DNA of 59,356 nt from a virus, in IMG/VR virus record IMGVR_UViG_3300044492_000038. One strand, written 5' to 3'. Below the pieces are notes generated by a model that saw only the letters and a program-made list of their open reading frames with translations, was not told the DNA's origin and searched no databases. Below, piece after piece: positions 59,136 to 59,356 of this stretch. Both the position numbers and the translations under genes were made by a program. Numbering within the stretch: position 1 is the first letter of the stretch; each line of letters begins with the position of its first letter.

Positions 59136-59356
59136 TCTGCATCACCCGGTTGGACGATGATGACTTGCTTGCCCATCGTCATCGCGATCTTCGCAACGTC
59201 TCGCGGGTCGACGTTGTCTTCGTCGCCAAATGCTTTTTCCCATTCGGCATCGGTCACGCCGGACATGAGAAATTGCCGCTCACTTGATGTGAGATAGGGG
59301 AAGACGTTTTGAATGAGTCCGCCATTCTGCCAAGCGTCGATGTCTGCTTGTGCGAC
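59132..59356 (-). CDS. 3' part of the junction-spanning 93-aa ORF (duplicates 1..127 in its upstream portion)
   Basis: TGA at 59132-59134. The frame is continuous with 1..184 once the 127-bp overlap is collapsed. Confidence 0.5.
   Translation of the reverse strand, partial: VAQADIDAWQNGGLIQNVFPYLTSSERQFLMSGVTDAEWEKAFGDEDNVDPRDVAKIAMTMGKQVIIVQPGDAE
59230..59356. repeat. 127-bp exact terminal direct repeat, copy 2
   Basis: Same string as 1-127. Confidence 0.95.

Noticed and set aside
1-59356. A lysogeny module (integrase, CI-like repressor, attP) might be present.
   Set aside because: None of the translated ORFs shows recombinase motifs (tyrosine R..HxxR..Y or the serine catalytic N-terminus) or a CI/Cro pair. 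The only regulator-like ORF is the RHH micro-protein.

Overview
This window is a complete, circularly closed tailed-phage genome with siphovirus-type tail genes. Bases 1-127 recur exactly at 59230-59356, so the unique length is 59,229 bp. I can support about 98 protein genes in four strand blocks. (i) 3571-12233 (+) carries an AEP primase, a D5/P4-type SF3 helicase, a 112-bp iteron palindrome, small and large terminase, portal, a MuF-like head-morphogenesis protein and four small ORFs. (ii) 12199-20171 (-) carries about 24 small genes, including an HNH-AP2 endonuclease, an HExxH metalloprotease and an RHH-like regulator; most follow a repeated palindrome/promoter/leader cassette. (iii) 20378-47096 (+) runs from a secreted moron-like protein through scaffold, major capsid, decoration and connector proteins to the tail tube. 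It continues with a GH12-like glycosidase, G/GT chaperones with a -1 frameshift, a 1313-aa tape measure and a 2205-aa repeat-rich tail-tip/fibre protein. It ends with a fibre bearing a catalytically degenerate GH18-like barrel, two holin-like proteins, a lambda-R-like transglycosylase fused to a C-terminal membrane domain, and a DUF1508-like ORF. (iv) 47056-59356 plus 1-3425 (-) carries a VRR-NUC-like nuclease, a family-A DNA polymerase, a DUF932 protein, a protein with an SSB-type acidic tip, an SNF2 helicase and many small ORFs. I saw no integrase, repressor, tRNA, rRNA or CRISPR array, so a virulent phage of a Gram-negative host is likely (inference). The strongest unexplained signals are the repeated promoter-operator cassette regulon in the early block, the unusual glycosidase-type virion proteins, the giant repeat protein, the endolysin-membrane fusion and two SSB-tip-bearing proteins. 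All functional calls come from motifs read by eye and from gene order; no database search was possible.
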